Shown here: piece by piece, positions 9,125 through 18,181 of the stretch
Layout: each line of letters opens with the position of its first letter
Numbering within the stretch: the stretch's first letter is position 1
Virus record (IMG/VR): IMGVR_UViG_3300030390_002309
Location: 32,001-96,000 of that record
Reading direction: 5' to 3' (one strand)
Source: a virus
Length of the DNA stretch: 64,000 bases
Position numbers and translations under genes: made by a program
Notes under the pieces: generated by a model
Seen by the model: the letters and a program-made list of their open reading frames with translations, nothing else
The model's database searches: none
What the model was told of the DNA's origin: nothing

Positions 9125-9337
9125 TTAATTCCAAAATATTAATTTAGCAAGGACGCCTATCATCGCTACCCATACCGACCATAGGGCGCCATTTGCTTTT
9201 TTTCTAAATTCTGTATTGCGATTAACTCTAGATATAGTTCCATCATCTGGATCTAATAATCTAATTTTTATCTCTCTTACATCAGCTTTAAGTTCTACAA
9301 GCTCTTCATGTAATTGTTCATTTGTTAATCGTGCCAT
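9125..9337 (-). CDS. Small coiled-coil protein with C-terminal TM
   Basis: Heptad pattern followed by a hydrophobic tail. Confidence 0.65.
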   Translation of the reverse strand: MARLTNEQLHEELVELKADVREIKIRLLDPDDGTISRVNRNTEFRKKANGALWSVWVAMIGVLAKLIFWN

Positions 9338-9346
9338 AATACAGTT

Positions 9347-9532
9347 TTAAGATCTTTTTGATTCTGTAACAGATGCCTTTCTATATTCTGTTACTAGTTT
9401 TTTTAATTCACCAACTGCCTTCCTTGCTCTTGTTGCAGCTGCTTTATTTCCCTTCTCTAAAAACTTTGAATGGTTCTCACTAAACTCTGTCCAAAATCCT
9501 TCCATCTTTGTATATAACTCTTCTGATGCCAT
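9347..9532 (-). CDS. Histone H1-like/Hc1 family small DNA-binding protein
   Basis: EKGNKAAATRARKAVGELKKLVTEYRKAS signature. Confidence 0.85.
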   Translation of the reverse strand: MASEELYTKMEGFWTEFSENHSKFLEKGNKAAATRARKAVGELKKLVTEYRKASVTESKRS

Positions 9533-9567
9533 AATAACTCTCCTTTTGTTAATTTAATATAAATATG

Positions 9568-9792
9568 CTACTCTTGATTAAAATCAGAAAAAATATCCTC
9601 GGCTTGTTTTGAAACTTTAAAGTCTAATTTCAACGCATGTTCTAATTGGTGGTCATTCATTACATCTAGTGCTTGAAATACTAAATCTCCATCTAGATAG
9701 ACCTCACCAATTAGGGTTTCATCGTCGACAAAAAACTCTAGTTCTTCGCCTTCAAATACTTCGCCGGTGGATATGTTTTCTATTGTAATCAT
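9568..9792 (-). CDS. Acidic hypothetical protein
   Basis: ORF after ATATTTAT motif. Confidence 0.65.
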   Translation of the reverse strand: MITIENISTGEVFEGEELEFFVDDETLIGEVYLDGDLVFQALDVMNDHQLEHALKLDFKVSKQAEDIFSDFNQE

Positions 9793-9829
9793 TTATAATA
9801 AATATGCTATTACACCGGTTTTAAACCTA

Positions 9830-10021
9830 TTACGCCTTAGAAGCAGCGGCTATTATACAACTAATTCCTGATATAGAAATTAAACCAAAGAATGCCATTT
9901 CATTTAATGGTCCTGCAAAGTTAATATAATCTAAAATTGCTCCGGTTCCGGTCATATATGCTAATTTTAAACAAACATAACCTCCGATAATTAACGATAA
10001 ATTTGTGATGAACTTTTTCAT
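9830..10021 (-). CDS. Small two-TM early protein
   Basis: Hydrophobic ORF with its own promoter. Confidence 0.65.
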   Translation of the reverse strand: MKKFITNLSLIIGGYVCLKLAYMTGTGAILDYINFAGPLNEMAFFGLISISGISCIIAAASKA

Positions 10022-10045
10022 ATTTTTTACTTTTTATTTATATAA

Positions 10046-10077
10046 TAAAGATAAGAAATATATTTCAATTAGGCAAA
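10046..10077 (-). promoter_or_regulatory. Early promoter (TTTG-N20-TATCTTTA)
   Basis: Identical core to 7752-7783. Confidence 0.75.
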
Positions 10078-10269
10078 TTATTTTGAAGCTTTTTTCCTAT
10101 ATATATCAGTTATTTTAGTATGGGCATATGACCATCTTTCTTTAACTTCTTTATATTGATGATGAGGCTGTGTTCTCATTTTTTGCAATTGTTCATCAAA
10201 TTCTTTTTTCATGTCCATTGAATCAATTGATTCAGTTATCTCGTACCAAAAATCTTCATAATGCCCCAT
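10078..10269 (-). CDS. Hypothetical protein
   Basis: AGGAG SD and ATATTTAT upstream. Confidence 0.7.
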   Translation of the reverse strand: MGHYEDFWYEITESIDSMDMKKEFDEQLQKMRTQPHHQYKEVKERWSYAHTKITDIYRKKASK

Positions 10270-10307
10270 AACGTAACTCCTATATTAATTTGTTAAAACT
10301 ATAAATA

Positions 10308-10634
10308 TTACTTACTTATTGTTCCTTTTATAAATTTCTTCTGTTTTTCTATGGCTTCATTAAGCTCGGTTTTATCCGTAGTGTGCTTTCTGGTAATCTT
10401 ATCTTCTGTTAACTTTCCAACATCAGTACTACCTACATATGAATCAATAAACCATACAGATTTCTTATCCATATCTTTCTTCCATTTAACAGATGGCAAA
10501 ATAGTACCGGATTGTACACACTTTAATTTGTAAGTTATCTTGTCTAGAACTTCAATTACAGAATATAATGAAGTGGTTGATAGGAAAGATGCAATTACTG
10601 TATCTCCTATATTTAGTTTTTTCTTTCTGCCCAT
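10308..10634 (-). CDS. Hypothetical early protein (KOW-like N-terminus)
   Basis: LNIGDTV; own promoter. Confidence 0.65.
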   Translation of the reverse strand: MGRKKKLNIGDTVIASFLSTTSLYSVIEVLDKITYKLKCVQSGTILPSVKWKKDMDKKSVWFIDSYVGSTDVGKLTEDKITRKHTTDKTELNEAIEKQKKFIKGTISK

Positions 10635-10654
10635 ATCTTTGTTTTATTTATATA

Positions 10655-10686
10655 TAAAGATAAAAAATATATTTCAATTAGGCAAA
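10655..10686 (-). promoter_or_regulatory. Early promoter (TTTG-N20-TATCTTTA)
   Basis: Repeat family member. Confidence 0.75.
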
Positions 10687-10708
10687 TATTTTAATAGGAA
10701 TGTTTTTA

Positions 10709-11587
10709 TTAGTTTTGATCGTATTCATCAATTTCGGCCATTATTGATGAAAATTGTTTTCTTAATGATTCATGTTCCATTTGAAGTTTTTCAAGTACTG
10801 CACCATATCTATCTGTAGTAGGTCCTCCTTCTGGACTAGCTTCTTGCTCCATATCTTTTTGTGTTTGAATAATCTCTTTAGTCTTTTGTAGCATTTCCAT
10901 TTCAATGTCCATTGCTTCATTTCGTTTATTCATTATCCAATCATATGCTTCAAATGGTGTTTTAAAGTTAGGTAGTGCTTCATTTACCTCACCACCTTTG
11001 GCAACATGTTTATCTAGTAGATGTTTCAATGTTATAGTGAATTCGGTATCATCATTTGCTTCTACTTCTTTAAGTTCAAGTTCTGCATCTGCATGAAGAC
11101 CACTAATTTTATCTTCATATGCTTTATATGTTGAATTAGCTAATTCAGAAGCAGATCTTTTCTTCTTACTCAAATCAGCAGCAATCTTAGTATGTTTTGC
11201 AATTGCCTTTTCATTACCACTTGCTTTAGCTGATTTATATTTTTCTAAGTTAACTAATAATAAGGAAGATAATGCTTGTTCCTTTTTAACAGCTTTATCA
11301 TAATCAGACTTTAATGATCTAGCACTTTTTGCTTCCCTCATTTGTTCTGGATCAGAAAATCCTTCATCAGGTAGTTCAGCTTCAATAAGAGATTTAATCT
11401 CTTCTTCTACCATTTCTTTAATCTTATTAACAAGACCTTTATGTTTTGTTGATGCCATTTTATCTACTTCTTTTTTAGTCATATCATCTGCAACTTCTCC
11501 GGCTTCACCTTTTTTAGGTATATCACCTTTTTGCATAGCTTTCACTACACCAAAGAACTTTTGCTGTTGTTTACTTTTGGATGGCAT
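10709..11587 (-). CDS. Putative virion protein with DUF3008-like N-terminal module (MPSKSKQQQKFFG...ASTKHKGL) and coiled coils
   Basis: Motif recognition; start re-picked at ATG 11587, coupled to the upstream stop. Confidence 0.65.
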   Translation of the reverse strand: MPSKSKQQQKFFGVVKAMQKGDIPKKGEAGEVADDMTKKEVDKMASTKHKGLVNKIKEMVEEEIKSLIEAELPDEGFSDPEQMREAKSARSLKSDYDKAVKKEQALSSLLLVNLEKYKSAKASGNEKAIAKHTKIAADLSKKKRSASELANSTYKAYEDKISGLHADAELELKEVEANDDTEFTITLKHLLDKHVAKGGEVNEALPNFKTPFEAYDWIMNKRNEAMDIEMEMLQKTKEIIQTQKDMEQEASPEGGPTTDRYGAVLEKLQMEHESLRKQFSSIMAEIDEYDQN

Positions 11588-12579
11588 TAATACCAACCAT
11601 CTAATTTACCAGATTTGAATTTGTTCAATATAACTTTAATATCACCTGCCTTCTGTTTCATTCTGTCTTCACTATATTTTTTACTATATTGATCATCTTC
11701 TTGCTTTTCAGCTTCATTTTGCAATTGGATATATTCACCATAATAATATAATGCCTTACTCATTCCTTTAGTAACATTTTCTAATTCAACTTCATTACCA
11801 TTAACAGTTGCCATTATCTGACTATATCTACCTAGTTTAGGTAATCCCATTGACTCTGCAACAACCTTATTAGATATTTGAACTATTTTAGCAACCATTG
11901 CATCTACCTGATCTCTACCACCTACTCTTGCATTTAGTATTTCTTTATATCTAGATAGGTTTGCTGCTTTCCATGCCTTAGCATCTTTGAAAGTATCTTT
12001 ACCTAATTTCAAATCAGCTCTTTTAGCTTTCAATGCTGAAGTTCCTCCTCTATAAGAATCTAAATCAAATACATATACTACATCAGCAAGTTCTCTTAAC
12101 TTCTTAACCATCATAGTACCAAAAGCACCTTTTCCAATTGGATCTGCTGAACCTTTATAGGATGAAGTAGCTGTCTTACTTCCTACACCACCTTGACGGC
12201 CATGGTATTGAATTTTATTATCAACGGTAACAGCTAATACTGCAGGACCTCTTAATGTTCTATCATATGCCCATCCTTTGCTACTTGCAAATGGATTAGC
12301 TATATCTTGATTAATAACATAGAATGCCATTCCTTTTTTAACATCTGGAGAAGTTGGTTGAACTTTACGGAAACTACCTTTTGGTAATTTATCCCAAGCA
12401 ATGTCATATGTTTTAGCAGCTGCATCCCAAAACTTTCTATAGTTAGTATTTAATGATCCTCTACCTAGCTTATCTAGTTTAGCAATCAATGGATCACCAA
12501 ATGCTTCATTAATTGAAGAAGCACGAAGTTCTTTGATCAACTCTTCTTTAATGATTCTTCTTATGTCTGATTTTTTCAT
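11587..12579 (-). CDS. Putative virion/head cargo protein (MKKSDIRRIIKEE...INE)
   Basis: Long ORF, ATATTTAT at 12607, GAGG SD. Confidence 0.7.
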   Translation of the reverse strand: MKKSDIRRIIKEELIKELRASSINEAFGDPLIAKLDKLGRGSLNTNYRKFWDAAAKTYDIAWDKLPKGSFRKVQPTSPDVKKGMAFYVINQDIANPFASSKGWAYDRTLRGPAVLAVTVDNKIQYHGRQGGVGSKTATSSYKGSADPIGKGAFGTMMVKKLRELADVVYVFDLDSYRGGTSALKAKRADLKLGKDTFKDAKAWKAANLSRYKEILNARVGGRDQVDAMVAKIVQISNKVVAESMGLPKLGRYSQIMATVNGNEVELENVTKGMSKALYYYGEYIQLQNEAEKQEDDQYSKKYSEDRMKQKAGDIKVILNKFKSGKLDGWY

Positions 12580-12637
12580 CTTTATTCCTCTTAAGGTTTC
12601 TTTTTAATAAATATGCCGGGGCAGGAGATTACCGGCG

Positions 12638-12727
12638 GTTACGGTTAAGAAAAGGTGGTGGTTAGGGAGGTGTGGTAAAAAAAGAATTAGTGTGGTTTTA
12701 AAAAGGTATAGTGAGGTTAAAAAAAGC
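12638..12727 (+). repeat. Phased imperfect direct repeats GTG(T/A)GGTww-AAAAAG
   Basis: Units start at 12670, 12690 and 12711, with a weaker one near 12640. Confidence 0.45.
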
Positions 12728-12737
12728 TTGCCAATAA

Positions 12738-12769
12738 TTAGGTTATATGAGATTAATTTCTTATCTTTA
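12738..12769 (+). promoter_or_regulatory. Early promoter (TTAG-N20-TATCTTTA) driving the only plus-strand operon
   Basis: Orientation flips with gene orientation, supporting promoter function of the family. Confidence 0.75.
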
Positions 12770-12792
12770 TATATAATAAAAAGGTAGAAATT

Positions 12793-12981
12793 ATGAGCAA
12801 ATTATTAGATGAAATAATTAAAGAAAGTGAAAGGTTGAAGGCCTTAGGTTGGAAGCCTCAATTTAGAGGAGATACCGGAATCAATATTGCCCAAGTTATG
12901 ATTGATAACAATATCAAAGCAAGGAACCAATGGGATGCCGCTTTTATGGAAACCTTCCAAGAAATTAAAAATAACAAATAA
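12793..12981 (+). CDS. Hypothetical early protein
   Basis: ORF right after the promoter. Confidence 0.7.
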   Translation: MSKLLDEIIKESERLKALGWKPQFRGDTGINIAQVMIDNNIKARNQWDAAFMETFQEIKNNK

Positions 12982-12986
12982 CAGAT

Positions 12987-13124
12987 ATGAAAATAATTGA
13001 AAGATTCAAATGTGAAATGACCGGAGATCATTGTGTTGTAATACGTGATAAGGACGGTGATGAAATGTGTATGTTGGTAGAAGATTACAACTTCTTTTAT
13101 AGTCCAACCAAACCATTAGTATAA
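12987..13124 (+). CDS. Small hypothetical protein (45 aa, MKIIERFKCEMTGDHCVV...), not in ORF track
   Basis: Translated by hand; TAATG overlap with the next gene. Confidence 0.65.
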   Translation: MKIIERFKCEMTGDHCVVIRDKDGDEMCMLVEDYNFFYSPTKPLV

Positions 13125-13510
13125 TGAGTAAAGTATTAGTTAGTGAATTTGCAGTTGCCGGAAAAGAGGTGCAAAGAACATATGCAATACATGGCGGATT
13201 GATTCCGCCCTTTACAATGACATGTAACGGAGAACGTTATATTATGCCCGGATGGTATAAGCTAAAAGCGAATGAAGCTACACCAGATATAAAGGATATT
13301 GCTTATTATCCATATAAGCCTAAAAAAGCTAATATACCTAATTTACCTAATATAAAGAGCAATAAGGTATATAAGGTAAAGAGCTCTAAAGGTAATAGCT
13401 TTTATGAAGTTCAATTGAACACCTCTGGATCATTGGAATGTTCATGCCCAGGTTATGGGTTTAGGCGTAAGTGCCGTCATGTAACCGAATTAATGCAAAC
13501 ATCTATTTAA
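13124..13510 (+). CDS. SWIM zinc-finger protein
   Basis: YEV...CSCPGYGFRRKCRH (CxC-x8-CxH). Confidence 0.8.
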   Translation: MSKVLVSEFAVAGKEVQRTYAIHGGLIPPFTMTCNGERYIMPGWYKLKANEATPDIKDIAYYPYKPKKANIPNLPNIKSNKVYKVKSSKGNSFYEVQLNTSGSLECSCPGYGFRRKCRHVTELMQTSI

Positions 13511-14107
13511 TGCCCTCTCCCCTTATTATAGCATGCAGTATCGAATAGAATGTCTTTTATAATATATATAATGAAAAAAATGTTTACGTTAGGTTAAACA
13601 TAGCTTTGTTATGATTCAATAGCATGCTTACCAGCATGGAGGCGCAGCCTCTATCCACCGAATACCATCTATATAGCAAAAAAGCTATGAACGCGATAAA
13701 AATATATATATCGCCCCCCAGAGCACCAAGATCACCTGGTATGTTAAGGATAACCGGTATATGCCCCTATATATGGTGGTTTTAGGGCTATATAGGGCTT
13801 TATAGGGTGATATGGTGGTATTAGCCCCAGTATGGGTGCAGTACGGTCTGGTATGAATAGGTATGACCTGCTTCCCTCTATATAGTATATGCTCTCTTTA
13901 TATATGATTGCTCTCTATATATAGTATGCTCATCATCTCTATCTCTTGCTACTGCATATTCTTCTAACAGCTTCCGGACACTTACGACAGTACTTGATAG
14001 ATAGTGCGATAGACCAGGAACCACCCTAGCCTATCTGAGATATGATATATACTACTAGCCGGTATATAAGCGGTCTACATCTTTATATAAAGATCTCTCT
14101 ATATATA
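13511..14107. other. Non-coding region between convergent genes, rich in CTATA/TATAG and short palindromes; candidate origin, terminus or packaging site
   Basis: No ORF of 60 aa or more; repeated (G)CTCTCTwTATATA units at 13876-13931; composition shift. Confidence 0.35.
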
Positions 14108-14425
14108 CTATAGTTCTTCTTCTCCAAAGAATGCTGGATGACCATTATATGCTAATTGGTCTTCTATACTTGCCAACATATACTTTGCTCTTTGCTTAAA
14201 GAAGCCTACAAACAAACTATGGTTCTCACTCGCCTTAGGATATATAGTCTCGGTATGCTCACATTCACCATAGGTAGCATCATTATACTTACCTACCAAT
14301 ATATTACATCTATACTCTGAATCATACTTAGTACTTACTACAACTTTACCAGGAACTATACTATCTAACATCACTTGGGCTACTTTTACTACTTGGTTGA
14401 TTGGGTCTATTTGGTTTTTTATCAT
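14108..14425 (-). CDS. Hypothetical early protein
   Basis: Isolated ORF with its own promoter. Confidence 0.7.
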   Translation of the reverse strand: MIKNQIDPINQVVKVAQVMLDSIVPGKVVVSTKYDSEYRCNILVGKYNDATYGECEHTETIYPKASENHSLFVGFFKQRAKYMLASIEDQLAYNGHPAFFGEEEL

Positions 14426-14457
14426 ATCTTTATTTTTTATTTCTTTTAATTATACTA

Positions 14458-14489
14458 TAAATATAAGGACTTTTTTTCAATTAGGCAAA
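14458..14489 (-). promoter_or_regulatory. Early promoter (TTTG-N20-TATATTTA)
   Basis: Repeat family member. Confidence 0.7.
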
Positions 14490-15075
14490 TGATCTAACAG
14501 CTTTATTCCGGAAATAAACAAAAAAAAGCTAACAATTTATTAGGAATTACGAAGAATAGTTTGCACCACGTCTAACGATCTCTATACAAAATCCTATATA
14601 TAATGGCCTATACATTGAGATCTCTTATATAAAGGATAGCAAGCAAGCCTTAATGCAGTTTAAAATGTTATGTAATTTTTTTTCTATAGGAAATATTTGG
14701 AAGAACGACATATATTTATATACATTTTCTGGAGATCATCCTATACATAGACTCTGATAAGGCCTATCAATCTATCCTATGCGTATAGTACAATCTATTA
14801 TATAGGATTAATTGTTTTAAAGGTTCAATTACACTATCGATATATGGTAAAGGTTCTGTTATCACCATACTTTGATAGGTCATTACATGTTCGGATAACA
14901 TGGTGTACTAGGGTCTTTGACCCTCTGTATAGATCCATATACCAGAGTCCATTTAATCCTTATCCTGTAATGCAATATAAGCCAATATTGCTAATGCAAT
15001 GGATAAGCATAACCCTATATATGCTATAAATCCCATACACTACCTCTTCGCTTCTTGGCTATATAGCATCTTATT

Positions 15076-15264
15076 CTATATAAAAGGTTCTTCATCTCCT
15101 AATCCTTTGTATATGCCATAAGCCATATAGCCTATTAAGCCTATTGTTATCATCGCTGGTATTATATTGAACAATATAGTTGCTACTATCAATACTGCTA
15201 TTGGCCATATGGCTATTGCTATCAATATACTTGCTATCATCTTATATAGCTTACTTCTATTCAT
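15076..15264 (-). CDS. Small two-TM membrane protein
   Basis: Hydrophobic ORF. Confidence 0.65.
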   Translation of the reverse strand: MNRSKLYKMIASILIAIAIWPIAVLIVATILFNIIPAMITIGLIGYMAYGIYKGLGDEEPFI

Positions 15265-15685
15265 CGGTAGGTAGCTTCTCTCTATTCATGCTACTCAATT
15301 CACCGTCCACCTTATTGGTCTTTGGTTTAAATTTACTTGGCTGAACTTTAATACTATCCCAACTACCGTCTGGATAATCTATTCTCCTAAGCATTATCTC
15401 ATCAATCTTTCTATCTATTCTATTCACCGATTGATTCAATTCAAGTACATCATCCTCCGTTCTCTTCACTTGCTCATAAAGAGAGTCCAACCATAACTTG
15501 TCTGCTTCACTTGGTATCCAATAATTGTTTTCCGGTGTTTCTATATGAGTATTCCAATAATGACGTTCACAATGTTTATACAATTCAATTGATCCATATA
15601 CCAACATAAGTACAATGGCACCGCATATAGCTATAAATGCTCCACGGCCTGAATCTTTTATTTGTTTATTTGTTTTTCCTTGCAT
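15257..15685 (-). CDS. Membrane-anchored hypothetical protein with coiled coil
   Basis: N-terminal TM. Confidence 0.65.
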   Translation of the reverse strand: MQGKTNKQIKDSGRGAFIAICGAIVLMLVYGSIELYKHCERHYWNTHIETPENNYWIPSEADKLWLDSLYEQVKRTEDDVLELNQSVNRIDRKIDEIMLRRIDYPDGSWDSIKVQPSKFKPKTNKVDGELSSMNREKLPTDE

Positions 15686-15959
15686 AATCTTCTCCTAATA
15701 TTTCACATACATCCGATAAGTTCACATACCATTTACCATCCATCATATGTTTATCCGCTGCCCATATTTCATCAAGTATCTCTGACCTGCTAATAGCTGA
15801 TTGAGCACTTGTTGTAATTTTTTCTCGAGTAGGGAAGTTATACTTTGATTGGTTTCTTGTACCTTTCTTAACTATCTTTTCACTACCAATTGGTCCTCCA
15901 ACATCTCTTGATCTTATCTCTCCCGTATCTGGGTTTCTTTCATATATCTTCTTTGCCAT
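15666..15959 (-). CDS. Hypothetical protein (KIYERNPDTGEIRSR)
   Basis: ORF in gene string. Confidence 0.65.
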   Translation of the reverse strand: MAKKIYERNPDTGEIRSRDVGGPIGSEKIVKKGTRNQSKYNFPTREKITTSAQSAISRSEILDEIWAADKHMMDGKWYVNLSDVCEILGEDYARKNK

Positions 15960-15962
15960 AAC

Positions 15963-16145
15963 TTAATCCTTAATAGTCCCTTCAATGCGAGCGAAGCGAG
16001 CTAATACCGGCTTCCCAAACTTAACCGCACACCACACCACTCCTACGGCTGCCAATCCAATCACTGATAAATTTATTAAATTCGGATGCCAATGTTCTCC
16101 ACATAGTCCCGTTGCATGATATAAAAATTCTAATACTGTCTCCAT
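15963..16145 (-). CDS. Small membrane protein (HATGLCGEHWHPNL)
   Basis: ORF in gene string. Confidence 0.6.
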   Translation of the reverse strand: METVLEFLYHATGLCGEHWHPNLINLSVIGLAAVGVVWCAVKFGKPVLARFARIEGTIKD

Positions 16146-16151
16146 AATTTA

Positions 16152-16403
16152 CTATTTGTTTTGTGGCGTCATCGTTGCTTGTTGATTAGCCTGATTTGAT
16201 ACACCCACTATTGTTTGTACCGTTTCTCTTAATTCTTTTGCTTCAGCAATATCTTTAACCAACTTGCTACATTCTCCTACGATATCTGGATGTTCTCCAA
16301 TACCAGCAGCTCTATCCATATAGTTTTGTAAATTAGCTATTGCCTTTGCTTCTTTTGCATTTGCTTCTGCAATGATTGCATTCATAATTAGTTGTCCGTT
16401 CAT
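16152..16403 (-). CDS. Conserved phage hypothetical protein (AGIGEHPDI motif)
   Basis: GIGEHPDI motif recalled from T4-like aquatic phages. Confidence 0.75.
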   Translation of the reverse strand: MNGQLIMNAIIAEANAKEAKAIANLQNYMDRAAGIGEHPDIVGECSKLVKDIAEAKELRETVQTIVGVSNQANQQATMTPQNK

Positions 16404-16451
16404 ATTATTTTCTTTTTATTATTAATATATTTAATATACTGTAATCTATCA

Positions 16452-16760
16452 TTATTGTATATACTCTGTTAAATATTTTGCTAACCAATATGATACCTTA
16501 TATCCTGTGAACCCACCTAATGCAGTTGGTATTGGAAATAAAATAAACTTGGCTAATGATGTTGTGTATTTAGGTCTATTGATTACTCTGCTAATATAAA
16601 AGTAATGTACCATATATCCTATCAACACTGCTATATCTATTCTTAGTGCAATGAATGGTACTATAATTGCTCCACTAAATCCAAATAGAAAGTTTTCTAA
16701 TATTGCAACACCTATATCTTTCTTAGGTGCTTCTTTATATTCTTTTCTTATCGTATTCAT
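16452..16760 (-). CDS. Membrane protein
   Basis: Three hydrophobic segments. Confidence 0.7.
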   Translation of the reverse strand: MNTIRKEYKEAPKKDIGVAILENFLFGFSGAIIVPFIALRIDIAVLIGYMVHYFYISRVINRPKYTTSLAKFILFPIPTALGGFTGYKVSYWLAKYLTEYIQ

Positions 16761-16761
16761 A

Positions 16762-16956
16762 TTAAAACGGCATTCCGTTATCCTTATCTAATTGATCTTC
16801 ATAATCTCTCATTTGCCTAAACCAATCCGAAGATACTGTTATACATATAGCATCTGTATCACTTGGAGATTGTCTCCACCAAGTTGATGGATACTGTTTC
16901 CTTGCAATTGTATCCAATCCTTTTTCTTTAATCCAAATTTGTACTACTGGTTTCAT
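16762..16956 (-). CDS. Hypothetical protein
   Basis: ORF in gene string. Confidence 0.6.
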   Translation of the reverse strand: MKPVVQIWIKEKGLDTIARKQYPSTWWRQSPSDTDAICITVSSDWFRQMRDYEDQLDKDNGMPF

Positions 16957-16957
16957 G

Positions 16958-17197
16958 TTATTTCTTTTTATTTTCTACTACTGCAATATCATCATATCCA
17001 CGTGCAATATATTTCTTAACTAATCTCATGGACTCTTCTAATGTCAATTTTTCTCTTCCGTCTATATCAATTGGAATGCCGCCTAACCAAAATGTATATG
17101 TTATATTATTCATCTCTTCGATTATCACATTCCTTACATTTGCTCTTACTATTGAATTTGATATCCATTCTTTTAATTTACGGTCTACTAATTTCAT
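16958..17197 (-). CDS. Hypothetical protein
   Basis: ORF in gene string. Confidence 0.65.
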   Translation of the reverse strand: MKLVDRKLKEWISNSIVRANVRNVIIEEMNNITYTFWLGGIPIDIDGREKLTLEESMRLVKKYIARGYDDIAVVENKKK

Positions 17198-17481
17198 TTC
17201 TTAAATTTATTTTGTTTCTTTTGAAACTTAATAAAATCTTTATCCTTGTCAGCACTTAAGCCTCCTATCGTAAAACTCTTATCATGTTCTTTAGGCCATG
17301 GTCCTTGCTTATCAGCTTGTTCTAGAAACTCTTGTACATCTGGATCATCTGCCCATAGTTCAATATGATCTTTAATTTTTGGTTTGTTATCATTCTCTTC
17401 TGGTGTTATGGGAGTATTCATTGCTTCTATTATACACCAAATCCATATTACAACAAACCCTATTCCTATTATCATTTCCAT
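17194..17481 (-). CDS. Hypothetical protein with N-terminal TM
   Basis: ORF immediately after promoter. Confidence 0.65.
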   Translation of the reverse strand: MEMIIGIGFVVIWIWCIIEAMNTPITPEENDNKPKIKDHIELWADDPDVQEFLEQADKQGPWPKEHDKSFTIGGLSADKDKDFIKFQKKQNKFKK

Positions 17482-17486
17482 ATTAC

Positions 17487-17518
17487 TTAATATAACAAAT
17501 TAATTTCAATTATCCTAA
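17487..17518 (-). promoter_or_regulatory. sigmaA-type promoter (TTAG-N20-TATATTAA)
   Basis: Repeat family member. Confidence 0.6.
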
Positions 17519-18027
17519 TCTTTATGCAGATATTTTAAATACCTTTTATTCATATTATCATAATACTTAGTATTCGTCAATATATTATGTGCCTTATCTA
17601 ATGCCTCTCTTGTTGCTATATTGATTAAGAAATAAGGAGCATGGCTTCTTGCATTGAATCCATTTATATCTTCCTTATCATTTGGATTAAAACATATACA
17701 TTTCAAATGTCCGTAACCATTCTCCTTCATCGTACTATTAATGAAATCTTGATATCTTACTGTATCAACATTTGATAGTTCTTCTTCTGATACTTGTACA
17801 AATAAAGCACTATCATATTCTGAGTCATCGTATAACTTAATCTTGTCTAATAATGTAGACTCATTAGGATCAAATTTATCTATCATTAGTTTGTCCTTAT
17901 CCAATTCAGCTCCTACAAATGGACATGTAGGTAATCCTCCATACTCTTCCCTAGGCTCTCTGAGTATTCCAATGTAATCTAATACCTTACTCTTAAAATT
18001 AGTATATGGACATTTTGATTTAGTCAT
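17515..18027 (-). CDS. Hypothetical protein, DUF1415-like (GGLPTCPFV)
   Basis: CPF motif near the N-terminus. Confidence 0.6.
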   Translation of the reverse strand: MTKSKCPYTNFKSKVLDYIGILREPREEYGGLPTCPFVGAELDKDKLMIDKFDPNESTLLDKIKLYDDSEYDSALFVQVSEEELSNVDTVRYQDFINSTMKENGYGHLKCICFNPNDKEDINGFNARSHAPYFLINIATREALDKAHNILTNTKYYDNMNKRYLKYLHKD

Positions 18028-18181
18028 CTATTTGATTCTCTTCTGGTTGATTACAACCTTCTCCTCCGTAGTGTTCATAGTTTTTGGCTATTACTTTTTT
18101 TTCATTCTTGGCTTCCCATAATATACCTACTATAAAAATAGTAAATATTGCTCCGCCTACTATAAACATTACTATATTCAT
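18020..18181 (-). CDS. Small single-TM protein (53 aa), not in ORF track
   Basis: Translated by hand; ATGA overlap with the nei stop. Confidence 0.55.
   Translation of the reverse strand: MNIVMFIVGGAIFTIFIVGILWEAKNEKKVIAKNYEHYGGEGCNQPEENQIDD

Noticed and set aside
12654-12676. GGTGGTGGTTAGGGAGGTGTGG as a G-quadruplex
   Set aside because: Mostly two-G runs, so weak; better treated as part of the phased repeat region.
14844-15029. 61-aa plus-strand ORF in the gene-poor region
   Set aside because: No promoter or recognisable motif; the minus strand has equally weak short ORFs (e.g. MGFIAYIGLCLSIALAILAYIALQDKD). Left uncalled.
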